Shown: positions 19,919 to 29,667 of the stretch, one piece after another | How the letters are laid out: each line of letters opens with the position of its first letter | Numbering within the stretch: position 1 is the first letter of the stretch | Origin: Gemmatimonadales bacterium | GTDB lineage: Bacteria; Gemmatimonadota; Gemmatimonadetes; Gemmatimonadales; GWC2-71-9 | Direction: 5' to 3' | Length of the DNA stretch: 43,307 nucleotides | NCBI GenBank assembly: GCA_013820855.1 | Contig: JACDHV010000003.1 | Coordinates: 1 to 43,307 of the forward strand | The notes under the pieces: generated by a model | Database searches by the model: none | Told to the model about the DNA's origin: nothing | The model's input: the letters and a program-made list of their open reading frames with translations, nothing else | Made by a program: the position numbers and the translations under genes

Positions 19919-20314
19919 TCAACGGGCGGCGGACGCGCCGGAGCCGCCGACCCGCTGCCGGACCGCTTCGATGTCCTCTACCGGACGCACCTCGACGCAG
20001 CCGGTCCGGGCCCAGGGAAACTCCGCCGCGATGCGGACGGCCTCCTCGATATCCTCGGCCTCGATCAGGTTGAAGCCGCCCAGAACCTCCTTCGCCTCGG
20101 CGAATGGCCCGTCGGTCGTAGTCGTGCGGCCGTTGCGGATCCGGACGGCCTTCGCCTGGTCCGCGTCAGCGAGCATCCGGGATTCGATCAGGTGCCCGGT
20201 GTGCTTCAGCTCGTCGGCATGCGCCAGACACTCGCGCATCATGGCGTCGGGCTGATCCGGTGGCAGGGAATCGAGCAGCGTGCCGTCATTGTAGATCAGG
20301 AGCATGAACTTCAT
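19919..20314 (-). CDS. YciI/DGPF-domain protein
   Basis: MKFMLLIY...TDGPFAEAKEVLGGF...VEVRP. Confidence 0.9.
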   Translation of the reverse strand: MKFMLLIYNDGTLLDSLPPDQPDAMMRECLAHADELKHTGHLIESRMLADADQAKAVRIRNGRTTTTDGPFAEAKEVLGGFNLIEAEDIEEAVRIAAEFPWARTGCVEVRPVEDIEAVRQRVGGSGASAAR

Positions 20315-20364
20315 GGCGAATCCCCCCGGTTGATGGAGCCGTGCTCCGTGGTGGTGGCGGGTGC

Positions 20365-21699
20365 TCACCGCCCGCCGCGGCCGTCGCCTGGACGGCGCGT
20401 CCGGCTGCGGCCGCCGTTCCGCGGCCCTCCCTGACGAGCCCCTTCCGCCGTCTCGTTCGCCGCCCGGCGTTTGGTCTTGGCCTCGGCCCGGGCGCGATCC
20501 TCCGCCTTCTTCGCGCGGATCGCGACGATGCGATCGGCGATCGGTATCTCCAGACGGGCTCCGGCGCGCGCGGCGTAGTCGAAGTCGGGGACGATCACCC
20601 GAGGCAGCCGCTTGCCGAGCTCCCGCTCGATTCTCCGGAGATCGCCATCCTCCTCCGGCGCCACGAAGGTGAACGCGTCGCCGACGGCCTCCGCCCGAGC
20701 GGTGCGGCCCACCCGGTGGATGTAGTCCTCGGGCACCTTCGGCACGTCGAAGTTCACCACATGGCCGAGCGACTCGATGTCGATACCGCGTGCGGCGATG
20801 TCGGTGGCGACCAGCACTCGGTACTTGCCGCCCTTGAACCCGGCCAGGGCCTCGGTCCGCTGCGCCTGCGAGCGATTCCCGTGGATCCGCTCCGCGACGA
20901 TGCCGTGCTGCACCAGGTATTTCGCCAGGCGGTTGGCCCGGTGCTTCGTGCGGGTGAAGACGAGCGCCTCCCGCATCTCCCCGCGCTGCAGCAGCGTGAG
21001 GAACAGCGCGGTCTTCAGCTCCTGCGGCACCGGGTACACGGCATGGGTGATCCCCACCGCCGGCGTGGAGCGCCGCTCGAGGTTGATGCCGACCGGATCG
21101 CGAAGCATCTGGCGGGTGAGCGCGAGAATCGGGTCGGGCATTGTGGCGCTGAAGAAGAGCGTCTGGCGTCGGGCCGGCGGGGGCAGGTGCCGCAGGATCT
21201 TGCGAATCTCGGGCAGGAATCCCATGTCGAGCATCCGGTCGGCCTCGTCGAGCACGAGTATCTCGAGCCCGGAGAGCTTGGCATACGGAAAGCGGAAGTG
21301 GTCCATCAGGCGCCCGGGCGTCGCGACGATCACGTCGGCGCCGCTCCGGAAGGCGTGCTCCTGCGGGCCCATGCCGACGCCGCCGAAGACCGAGGCGCCG
21401 GTGATGGGTGTGTGCACGGCGAGATCGTCGAGGTCCTCCACGATCTGGGCGGCCAGCTCGCGGGTGGGTGTGAGCACCAGCGCGCGGGTGACGCCGCGGG
21501 GCTTGTCGATCAGGCGGTGGAGGATCGGCAGGAGGAATGCCGCGGTCTTGCCGCTCCCCGTCACGGCGCAGGCGAGGACGTCCCTGCCGGCGAGCGCCGG
21601 GGGAACGGCCTCGGTCTGGATCGGCGTCGGGCGGACGAAGCCCAGCTCCTTGATACCCTTGAGGAGGTTCGGATGGAGCTTCAGCTGGGTGAACGGCAC
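20365..21699 (-). CDS. DEAD-box RNA helicase (RhlE-like)
   Basis: PTPIQ, TGSGKT, PTRELA, TPGRL, DEAD, SAT, ARGID, HRVGRTAR; basic tail; GTG 21699 lies downstream of the promoter. Confidence 0.95.
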   Translation of the reverse strand: MPFTQLKLHPNLLKGIKELGFVRPTPIQTEAVPPALAGRDVLACAVTGSGKTAAFLLPILHRLIDKPRGVTRALVLTPTRELAAQIVEDLDDLAVHTPITGASVFGGVGMGPQEHAFRSGADVIVATPGRLMDHFRFPYAKLSGLEILVLDEADRMLDMGFLPEIRKILRHLPPPARRQTLFFSATMPDPILALTRQMLRDPVGINLERRSTPAVGITHAVYPVPQELKTALFLTLLQRGEMREALVFTRTKHRANRLAKYLVQHGIVAERIHGNRSQAQRTEALAGFKGGKYRVLVATDIAARGIDIESLGHVVNFDVPKVPEDYIHRVGRTARAEAVGDAFTFVAPEEDGDLRRIERELGKRLPRVIVPDFDYAARAGARLEIPIADRIVAIRAKKAEDRARAEAKTKRRAANETAEGARQGGPRNGGRSRTRRPGDGRGGR

Positions 21700-21777
21700 G
21701 CGGGTTCCTTGGATCGAAGTCGGGCGGGTGCCAGGCCGGAATGCCGGGCGGACGACGGCCGCTGGCGCGGAGGGCGA

Positions 21778-21806
21778 AGCATAGAGACGAAGTGGGGACC
21801 CGGCAA
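21778..21806 (-). promoter_or_regulatory. Sigma70-like promoter of the helicase
   Basis: Minus strand TTGCCG-N17-TATGCT. Confidence 0.55.
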
Positions 21807-21877
21807 CGGCGGCGCGTCCGCGTGGCCGTATCGGCGGGAGGGTAGCCATCGGAGCGGGATCGAAGTAGCCTCCGTCC

Positions 21878-22153
21878 ATGTCCGTCCTCCACGACCTCGA
21901 GGCTCACCGCTTCACCATTCCGGTGGCCTCCGGAACCGCGGTTCTCTCCTACGCGCCGGCCGGTCCCGGTGTGCTCGAGCTCTACAGCACCTTCGTGCCC
22001 GCAGCCGACCGTGGACAGGGCGTCGCCGCGCGCCTCGTCGAGGCGGCAGTCGGCTACGCGCGCGGCGAAGGTCTCCGCATCGTTCCGAGCTGCTGGTACG
22101 TCGCCAACTGGATTAGGGAGCATCCCGAGCACGCGGATCTGATCTCCGCCTGA
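21878..22153 (+). CDS. Minimal GNAT acetyltransferase (YjdJ-like)
   Basis: STFVP..RGQGVAARLV..IVPSCWYV. Confidence 0.88.
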   Translation: MSVLHDLEAHRFTIPVASGTAVLSYAPAGPGVLELYSTFVPAADRGQGVAARLVEAAVGYARGEGLRIVPSCWYVANWIREHPEHADLISA

Positions 22154-22178
22154 CCGTGGTGAAGGTCCCGCCGAGGGC

Positions 22179-23642
22179 TCAACGCGACGAAGCAGGGCGT
22201 GTCGCGTTCGGGGTACCGGGCGGCCGCGGCGCGGCCGGCAGGAGCGCGTCCACCACGATCTCCGAACGCCCCGAGACGACCGCGCGGACCAGCAGCGCTT
22301 CAGGCGCCGCCCTGACGTCCCGAACGTCGCCGTCGCGGATCTCCGACCGGAGCCGAACGCCCTTGGCGAGCTCCCGGTTCAAGTTCTGCCGCAGCAGATC
22401 GCGGCCCTCGGCGAGCGTCGGACTCAGGTCGAGGCGGACCCGGGTCCTGAGAAACCTCTCGACCGCCTCGCCGCCGAGCCACGCCAGAGCTCCCGTCAGC
22501 GCGTTCCGGGTCCCCACGTCGTACCGCAGGTCGGGCATGAACAGGGTGGCCGTGGCCGTGTCGTACGCCGGGTGGCCGACCGCGTAGAGCACTCCATCGA
22601 CCGGGCCGCTCACGCCGAGCCTCACCGCAATCGTTCCATCGCCGAGTCCGAGAAGGTGGAGGCTGTCCACCGTGAGCCGCTGCCCGGCCACCTCGATACG
22701 CATGCCGCGCAGCTCCCGGGTAAGGATGCTGCTCGCCACGTCGTAAGGCAGGCGTGCCTCGGTGAGGAGATGAAGGGCCGAAGCACGCGCCGTGCTGTCC
22801 TTCGGCGGTGGCAGGGGACGCTTCCCGGGAGCGGGGCGCGCACCGCCGGTCACCCTTGGATTGGCGGAGAGTCCCACCGTGGTCAGCAGGGTGTCCTTTC
22901 GCAGCTCCAGCACGCCCAGCCGGACCGCCGAAGGGTTCACCGTGAGCCAGAGGCTGTCGGTGAGCCGAATCGGCCGCTGAAGCACGTCCCAGATCCGTCG
23001 CGCCTGTCCCGGCACATCCACCGCGGCCAGGCGGACCCCCGCCTCGCCGGCCTTCTGTTGCAGGGCCGTTCGCGCGGCGTCCACGACATCGTCGGTGACG
23101 TCGATGCCGAGGGCGGTGATGGTGCACTTGTCGCGGTCGGTCTTGGACAGGGGCTCGACGACGGCCTGCGTGCGCGGGCTCAGCGTCCAGTCGGGGGCGA
23201 GCCGCACGTGCATGGTGACGGCGAGGCGCACCCGGGGCGCGTCGCCTTCCAGGCCGCACGAGGCTCCGACCTCGGGCAGCACCGGCAGGTCGTACCACAG
23301 GCGGGCGCGGTACGCCACGTCCGTTCGCAGGGTGGCGGACCGGCCACGTACCGCCATGGCGAACGGGTTCCGCTCGAGCACGAAGGCATAGCTGAGCCGG
23401 TCGTTGTCGGGAGCCTGTCGGCGCTGCTCCAGGTCGCCCATAGTCGGCGGAATAGCGGAGTCGAGCCAGGCGAGCGCGGGCCCCAGATGGTAGCGCACCG
23501 GACCATCCATGTACGACTCGGGCACCGGCGGCAGCGAGTCGGTCCAGTTCCCCGTCGCTCTCGGCGGCGGCGGCGCGACCCTGTCCGCCCCACAGCCGGT
23601 GCCGAGAACCGCTGCCGCGACGAGGGAGAGGGTCCCGCGCAG
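22179..23642 (-). CDS. DUF4403-like lipoprotein (no canonical start; CTG 23642 or GTG 23525)
   Basis: Frame is open upstream of 23525 through LRGTLSLVAAAVLGTGC (lipobox-like); beta-rich body with W..LQRPIRL..WL.VNP. Confidence 0.65.
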   Translation of the reverse strand: MRGTLSLVAAAVLGTGCGADRVAPPPPRATGNWTDSLPPVPESYMDGPVRYHLGPALAWLDSAIPPTMGDLEQRRQAPDNDRLSYAFVLERNPFAMAVRGRSATLRTDVAYRARLWYDLPVLPEVGASCGLEGDAPRVRLAVTMHVRLAPDWTLSPRTQAVVEPLSKTDRDKCTITALGIDVTDDVVDAARTALQQKAGEAGVRLAAVDVPGQARRIWDVLQRPIRLTDSLWLTVNPSAVRLGVLELRKDTLLTTVGLSANPRVTGGARPAPGKRPLPPPKDSTARASALHLLTEARLPYDVASSILTRELRGMRIEVAGQRLTVDSLHLLGLGDGTIAVRLGVSGPVDGVLYAVGHPAYDTATATLFMPDLRYDVGTRNALTGALAWLGGEAVERFLRTRVRLDLSPTLAEGRDLLRQNLNRELAKGVRLRSEIRDGDVRDVRAAPEALLVRAVVSGRSEIVVDALLPAAPRPPGTPNATRPASSR

Positions 23643-23646
23643 AAGG

Positions 23647-24225
23647 TTATGGGGTGGGGAAGTTGTTGACGACGCCGCCGGCGCGCACCGTACGCGCCAC
23701 CCGCTCGGCGAAAATCCGCGTGCCCGCGCGCACCATGGCTTCGGGCTCGCCCTTGAGCTCCGTCGTATCGTCCAGGACGATGGTGCCGGAGGGCGCGTGG
23801 ATCAGCTGTGCGGTGAGGAGCCAGATGAGATTGCTCGTCTTGCTCACCTTGGCCATGACCACCCAGGGCACGTCCACGGTGGTCGCCACGTGCCGCGCGC
23901 AGGCGACGATGACGTTGCAGGGGAGCCCGCCGGTGATGGCGCGCGCCGTGTCGGAGTCGGCCACCGAACGCACCGTCTCGGGCTCGGCGAGCTGGGCTCC
24001 CAGCAGGTTCTGGAGCGTGGAGTCGAGTACCGTGGTGGCGAGCACCGCCCTGGCCGTGTCGGTCGCCTCGATCACGTTCGCCTGGGCGTTGTAGAGCGCG
24101 ACATCGAGAGCAGCGACCCTGGCGTCGGGTGGCTCGAGGGGCGCAGGGTCTGCGGCCTGCGCGTGCAATGGAGAACCGAGAGCGCCGGCGAGGAGCAGCG
24201 GGGCGAGTAGAAATCGTCTAGTCAT
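23647..24225 (-). CDS. Exported DUF2380/DUF3280-like protein
   Basis: Signal peptide MTRRFLLAPLLL..AQA; C-x4-C; VSKTSNLI motif. Confidence 0.7.
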   Translation of the reverse strand: MTRRFLLAPLLLAGALGSPLHAQAADPAPLEPPDARVAALDVALYNAQANVIEATDTARAVLATTVLDSTLQNLLGAQLAEPETVRSVADSDTARAITGGLPCNVIVACARHVATTVDVPWVVMAKVSKTSNLIWLLTAQLIHAPSGTIVLDDTTELKGEPEAMVRAGTRIFAERVARTVRAGGVVNNFPTP

Positions 24226-24257
24226 ACCTATAAGGCAACAGGGTTGGTCGCCCGATT

Positions 24258-24345
24258 TCAACCCCGCAATTTTCTCCGCTCGTAGGTGTAGATCACGGGC
24301 AGGTAGAAGATCAGGTCGGCCATCAGCTTGCCGGCGAGAATGCCG
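24258..24345 (-). pseudogene. C-terminal remnant of an unidentified membrane protein
   Basis: [28 protein letters not shown]: protein-like codons, no start, in a different frame from cytochrome b. Confidence 0.5.
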
Positions 24346-25207
24346 AGCCCGGTGTCCGCCCAAGCGAAGCCGAGTTTCGGCTGCGCGAGCGTGGGATCGA
24401 GGTGACTCCCGAGGACACGGACGAGGAGGTGGCAATCATGGCCGCGCCGAAGACCACGTCTCGCCAGGCCGCATCGGGCCAGAAGGGAACGCCCTCCCGG
24501 CGCAGCAGCTCGTCGTAGTTCCGACGATAGGTCGCGGGATCCACCGGCTCTCCCGCCTTCGGCCGCTCGGAGATGCCGTGCCGGAGCACCAGTATCAGGT
24601 GCAGACCGATCATCAGGAACACCAGTGCCGGCAGGAAGAAGACGTGAAACGCGAAGAAGCGGCTCAGCGTGGCGCCGCCGATGGTGTCTCCGGCGATGAT
24701 GAAGCGCGCGATCTCGTCGCCCACGACCGGCATGCGCCGGGCCTGCGCGGCGCCGACGATGACCGACCAGACGGCGGTCTGGTCCCACCGGAGGAGCTGC
24801 CCGGTGAATGCCAGCGCGAGGGTGAGCAGCAGGAGCACCGCGCCGCTGAGCCAGTTGAGCTCGCGGGGGAACTTGTATGCCGCCATGAGATACGTGCGCG
24901 ACACGTGGATGCCGATGAGCAGCACCATGGCGGACGCGCCGAAGTAGTGCATGCCGCGCAGGAACCGGCCGAGGAGCGCCTGCTCCGAGATGAACTGCAG
25001 GCTCTCGTACGCCTGGCCGCTCGACGGCACGTATGCGGTGGCGAGCGCGATTCCGGTGGCGACCTGGAGGACGAACGCCAGGAGGGTGGCGCTGCCGAAG
25101 ACGTACCACCAGCCGGTCCGAGGCGGCACCGGATGCTGGAGTGCCCGGCGCGTGGCGGTGAGCAGACCGCTGCGGTCGTCGAGCCAGGCCAGGAACTGCT
25201 GGATCAC
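24323..25207 (-). pseudogene. Cytochrome b/b6 of a Rieske/cytochrome b complex, truncated at ~24435
   Basis: Heme ligands GMHY..IHV and FHV..LHL; PRELNW; TGQLLRWDQ; PFWPD start of the subunit-IV-like region, then similarity is lost before any PEWY-like motif. Confidence 0.85.
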
Positions 25208-25214
25208 GGCGGGC

Positions 25215-25715
25215 TCACGCGATGGGGATGGGACTGGTCTGGATCTCGACCTGACCGTTCCGCACCCGCACCGGGTACGTCGGCAGCGGCTTGGGCGGGG
25301 GTCCGGCCGACACGGTGCCATCGGCGTAGTACACGCCGCCGTGACAGGGACAGAGGAACAGCTCGGCAGCGGCCACCCAGCGCACCGGGCAGCCGAGATG
25401 GGTACAGTGGACCGAGTATGCGATGAAGCGCGACTGGTCTTCGCGCCGGAGCCACGCCGCGGTACGCGCCGTCACCCCCGCCCAGGGCAGGGCTGAAGCA
25501 TCATCGAACCGCACGGTCACCGTCTTGCCCACCTCGAACTCGTCGACTCCTCCGACAGGGCGCCACACCCGAGGCTCCCTGCGGGTGAGCGGCGCGAAGA
25601 GGAAGCCGATGACGGGCAGCCCTAGCACCGCGCCGACCGCGGCCGAGAGCCCCACGGAGAGGCGGGTCAGGAAGCGGCGTCGCTCTGGTGGCGCAGCCGG
25701 GGGAGTCGCGTTCAT
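25215..25715 (-). CDS. Rieske 2Fe-2S subunit
   Basis: Tat-like RRRFL followed by a TM helix; CTHLGC and CPCHGG; GPPPKPL. Confidence 0.94.
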   Translation of the reverse strand: MNATPPAAPPERRRFLTRLSVGLSAAVGAVLGLPVIGFLFAPLTRREPRVWRPVGGVDEFEVGKTVTVRFDDASALPWAGVTARTAAWLRREDQSRFIAYSVHCTHLGCPVRWVAAAELFLCPCHGGVYYADGTVSAGPPPKPLPTYPVRVRNGQVEIQTSPIPIA

Positions 25716-26032
25716 AGAAGTTCCGTCAGCGGAGGCGGTAGGCGAAGCGCCGGGGAGCCAACATAGGAAGCGCATCGGGGCACGACAAGCATGAGCCGCC
25801 ACGGGCAAGCTGGGAGCAACCTAATGTTGTACCTGAGAGCTGAGCTGTAGATCATCTGAATTGAAATGACTTACTGCAAGCAGCCCACTCATTCCCGACC
25901 TACTTCGGGCAGAGGCGCTCGCCGGTTTACCATGGAAAGGTGCCTCGAAACGGTGCCGATCCGAACCGCTCGGCACGTCCGGACGGGTCGTCTGCTTGAC
26001 AGAACTGCGCCCGCTGGGAGCATTACTGGTCC

Positions 26033-27033
26033 ATGCGCAACAAGGCGCTGCCCCGTCTCGTCCTGATCGCCGCGCTGGCGGTGGCCGCCGGCCGCACCGC
26101 GCACGCCCAGAGTCTCCGCGCACAGCTCGGTGGACTGTTCATCTTCGGTGAGGGGCAGGACCCGCTGTTCCTCGGGGGCACCGGCGACCCGAACAATCCG
26201 GACTCCGTCAGCATCCACGGCAGCCACTTCGTGCCCGCGGCCGTCGCCAGCAACGGCACGGTCATTTCCTTTCTGACGAACTCCATCGGCAGCAACGTCG
26301 CGAACGTGCCGGTGAGCGCCACGAGCGGCGGCTCCACCTTCAGCTTCGAGGGCGGTGTTCCGGTGCGAACCTCGACCTCGGCCGGCCCGGTCTTCGGCGA
26401 GCGGGCGCAGACCCTGGGCCGCGGCCGCATCCTCGCGGGCATCGCGCGAACCGGCGTGCATTTCAAGGCCCTCCGCGGTGTCGATCTGGACAATGTCCGC
26501 TTCACGTTCACGCACGGGAATTGGGACTTTCCGGGCTGCGACGAGGTGGCGGGCGGTGACTGCTCGCTGCTCGGTGTTCCGGTGGTCGAGAACGAGACCA
26601 TCGACCCCCTCCCGCGGTCCACTTCTTCGGCGGAACCCCGGAGAACCCGGTGCTCACCGCCTCGCGCTTCGTGCGCGGGTCCGCCACCGGCCTGGGCGAC
26701 GCGAACGCCCGGGTCAAGGTGAATCTTCGCCGGAGCGAGCCGCTGGCGGTCGGCGTGCTTGCAGACGTGAGATTTCCCACCGGCAGCGAGAAGGACCTGC
26801 TCGGCGCCGGCGCCTTCGCCGCGCGCGGCCTGGCCATCGTGTCGCCCGGTTCGGCGACTTCTCGCCGCACGCGAACGTGGGCTACCTGTATCGCGGAGGC
26901 GAATTCGAGAGTGACGCGGTGCTGGGCACCCTGGGCTTCGTCACCCGCTGACGCCCTGGGCCACGGTCGCGGTGGACGTGATCTCTCAGCTTCAGGTCGG
27001 CGACAGCCCGCTCGAGGTGCCGGATCCGGTCCC
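26033..27033 (+). pseudogene. Exported/outer-membrane transporter-like protein, fragmented
   Basis: Signal peptide (AHA-Q); protein-like pieces in four successive segments with three frame changes (..ENETID / HFFGGTPENP..GLGD..RFPTG..DLLGAG / FSPHANVGY / PWATVAVDV..); no intact 3' end. Confidence 0.6.
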
Positions 27034-28168
27034 AACGGCCGCCCTCGCGGCGGAGAGTGGCGCTGAAGGCGACGGTCTGTCGCTCGTTGCGCTGGCTGCT
27101 GGTGTTGAGACAGGTGTACGAGCCGCGCACCAGCGCCTCGGCGTTGGAGTCGGTGACGTCGAGTCGCTCACGTCGAGCTGTGCACGGACGTCGCGCACCA
27201 GTTGGAAGAACTGCTCCCAGCCGTGCCGCTGCGCCCCCGTCATCCCCGGATAGACCCGCTGCAGATCGTTCAGGTTCCGCGATTCGACCGCGCTTGCATA
27301 CTGGGCCGATAAGGTTGCGGATGTCGGGTCTCGGGTCGACCGGCCGCGGTGGCGGGGGAGCCGCGCGAGCCGGAACGGGGGCCTCCTGCACCGGGGGGGG
27401 GCGGGCGCGAGGGCCGTGTCCCGCACCGGGGCCGCTGCCGGGCCGGGAGGGGAATCCACGGGTGGCGCAGGTGCTGCCGCGCCGGCACCGTCGGTTGGAA
27501 TTCTGATGTGCGGCGGCCCGGGCGTGGGCGCCGTGTCGGCAGGGAGTGGAGGCCTTGGCACGGCCGCCGCCGCAGGGGGCTCCCGTGGAACCGCCGGACG
27601 CCTGTCCTGCGCCGGCCTTCGCTCGACGTTGGGCAGCGGCCGGTCGCGCGGCACCCGGGGCTCCGCGGCCTCTCCCGGCGCTGGGCCGGCGGCGAATCGG
27701 CACCGGGAGGTGTTCCGGCCGCGGGCTCGAGCGTGTGCGTGACCTCCAGGGCGGTCTGCGGCCGGTCCGCCGGGCGCTTGGCGAGGCACTCCCGCACCAC
27801 AGAACGCCGATGCCGAACGCCATGACCACCATGTAGGCGAGGGCGAGGTCCATCACGAACGCGGGGTCCCGCTTCCCGGTCCGGAGATAGGCGTAGAGCG
27901 CCACCGAGATGGCGAGGCAGCTCGTGGCGATCCCGTCCACCACGTTGAATCGAGCCCATCGGGGGTCCACCGGCTCGGCGAAGTAGAGGGCGACGTGTCC
28001 CAGCGCGGGCGCGAGGATCCAGAGCCCGCCCGCGACGAACGCCATGATCTCGACCCGGCGGGATGCCTGGCGAAGCAGGTCACCCGGCAGCTTGCGCGGT
28101 CCGGGCGTGGTCCTGGGCCCGGTGATGGTCTCGCGCGCGAGGCGGCCGATCAGCTTGGGCGTGGGCAT
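27030..28168 (-). pseudogene. Remnants of Ser/Thr protein kinase gene(s) lacking the catalytic core
   Basis: N-terminal TM segment (28168-27805) abuts VVRECLAKRPADRPQTA (kinase subdomain XI-like), then a Pro-rich linker and a frameshifted C-terminal domain (YASAVESRNL..VYPGM). Confidence 0.55.
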
Positions 28169-28171
28169 CGA

Positions 28172-28768
28172 CTACTCCGGAGTCGGGGAGCGAAGCCGCT
28201 CCACGTCCTCGGGGTGATCGAGATCCGCGAGCACGGCCGGCGGCCATTCCATCACGGCGGCTTCGTCGTGGTAATCTCGAACGACGCCCCGGCCTCCCGT
28301 CTCATCTGCTCGGCCGAGGGCGGGAAAGAGGGGCCGGGCATAGAGCGTGGGTGGCGCCTGCACGCCGCCGTAGAGGGAGACCACCATCGGCGCCGAACCC
28401 TGACGGAACCTCTCGACCAGGCCCGCCACCATCGCGGATGTCACGAGCGGCATGTCGGCGAGGAGCACGACCGCGGCCTCGCAGTCGGCGGGGACCCGCT
28501 CGATGCCGGTCCTGAGCGAGTGGTGCATCCCACCCGCGTAGTCCGGGTTCACGACCAGCGTCACCTCCAGTCCCTGGAGTGCTTGCGCCACCCGGCTGGC
28601 CTCGAACCCGAGCACGACGATGACGGGCGCGAGACCCGCCTCGAGCGCCCGGCGCGCGGTCCGGCGGACCACGGCCTCCTCACCGAGGTCCACCAGCAGC
28701 TTGTTGGTGCCGAGCCGGGAGGAGGTGCCCGCGGCGAGCACCACGCCGGCCACGGGGCCGATGCGCAT
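28172..28768 (-). CDS. MocA/MobA-like nucleotidyltransferase (NTP_transf_3)
   Basis: VVLAAGTSSRLGTNKLL, NPDYAGGM, LADMP, DLDHPED. Confidence 0.9.
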   Translation of the reverse strand: MRIGPVAGVVLAAGTSSRLGTNKLLVDLGEEAVVRRTARRALEAGLAPVIVVLGFEASRVAQALQGLEVTLVVNPDYAGGMHHSLRTGIERVPADCEAAVVLLADMPLVTSAMVAGLVERFRQGSAPMVVSLYGGVQAPPTLYARPLFPALGRADETGGRGVVRDYHDEAAVMEWPPAVLADLDHPEDVERLRSPTPE

Positions 28769-28776
28769 CTCCACGG

Positions 28777-29667
28777 TCACCTCCGGCGCGGCCAGAGCGC
28801 GCCGAGTCGGAAGTCCCATTCGGGGGGGTCGAACGCCTTGTTGCCGCCGGTCGGGTAGTGCGTCAGCTCGCCGACGACGATCCGGTCGTTCTTCAGGGCG
28901 TAGAGATCCACCCGCACGAAGTCGAACTCCTGTGCCAGGCACTCCGCGAGCATCCGCATCCTGCCGAAGCTCGAGGGCAGTGGGATGTCGGGCCCGGGCG
29001 GGTAGTACATCCGGAGTGCCGCCGGGCTGCCGTCGGGATGGTAGAAGTTGCGGGTGTGTCGCGTGAACCGGTCGAAGTCCACCTGCACCAGCGCCGCGGT
29101 GCCCCCGAAGCACAGCCACTTCCAGTCGGGTGGGATGTTCCCCTCTTCCCCTTCGAGGAGCTCCTCGATCACGAGCCGGGGACGAATACCCCGGTAGCCC
29201 CACTCGCCGTTCTTCCGCCAGTAGGGGTAGGCCAGCCATCCGCGGGCGCGCTCGACGATCGCCGAGCGGGTGGCGTCGTCGTCGGACGTGACGACTGCCG
29301 TCATGCCGCTCCCGTGGGTCGCCTTCACGACGTAACGGGCCGGGAGCTCCAGACGTCGCAGCTCGTCCGGGGCGTCGAGCACGCCGTAGAGGTCCGGCAG
29401 GTGTCCGGGACCGGCTCGCCGCTCGACGAAGTCGCGCAACGCGAGCTTGTCGGAGGTGACCGTGAGGAGCGGATCGCGGTCGCGCGCCATCTTGAGGAAC
29501 AGGTGGTGGGTGAGCGTCCGCGGGTTGGAAACGGGGAGAGGCGATCCGTGCCAGAGCAGGTGGCGCAGGCGCTGGAAGCCCATCGGCGGCAGGAGCGACG
29601 CCACGCTGCGTATCCGGCGCCAGAGCCTCCGCGAGCGCCGGAGCGCGGGCGTGACGTCAGGAGACAT
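28777..29667 (-). CDS. TupA-like ATP-grasp protein
   Basis: NPRTL, DKLALRDFV, VVKATHGSG, EWGY..IRPRLVIEELL, DWKWLCFGG, FVRVDLY, GELT.YP; start uncertain. Confidence 0.88.
   Translation of the reverse strand: MSPDVTPALRRSRRLWRRIRSVASLLPPMGFQRLRHLLWHGSPLPVSNPRTLTHHLFLKMARDRDPLLTVTSDKLALRDFVERRAGPGHLPDLYGVLDAPDELRRLELPARYVVKATHGSGMTAVVTSDDDATRSAIVERARGWLAYPYWRKNGEWGYRGIRPRLVIEELLEGEEGNIPPDWKWLCFGGTAALVQVDFDRFTRHTRNFYHPDGSPAALRMYYPPGPDIPLPSSFGRMRMLAECLAQEFDFVRVDLYALKNDRIVVGELTHYPTGGNKAFDPPEWDFRLGALWPRRR

Noticed and set aside
19919-22132. 737-aa ORF ending in a YciI domain
   Set aside because: Its upstream part overlaps the helicase in another frame; the real gene starts at 20314
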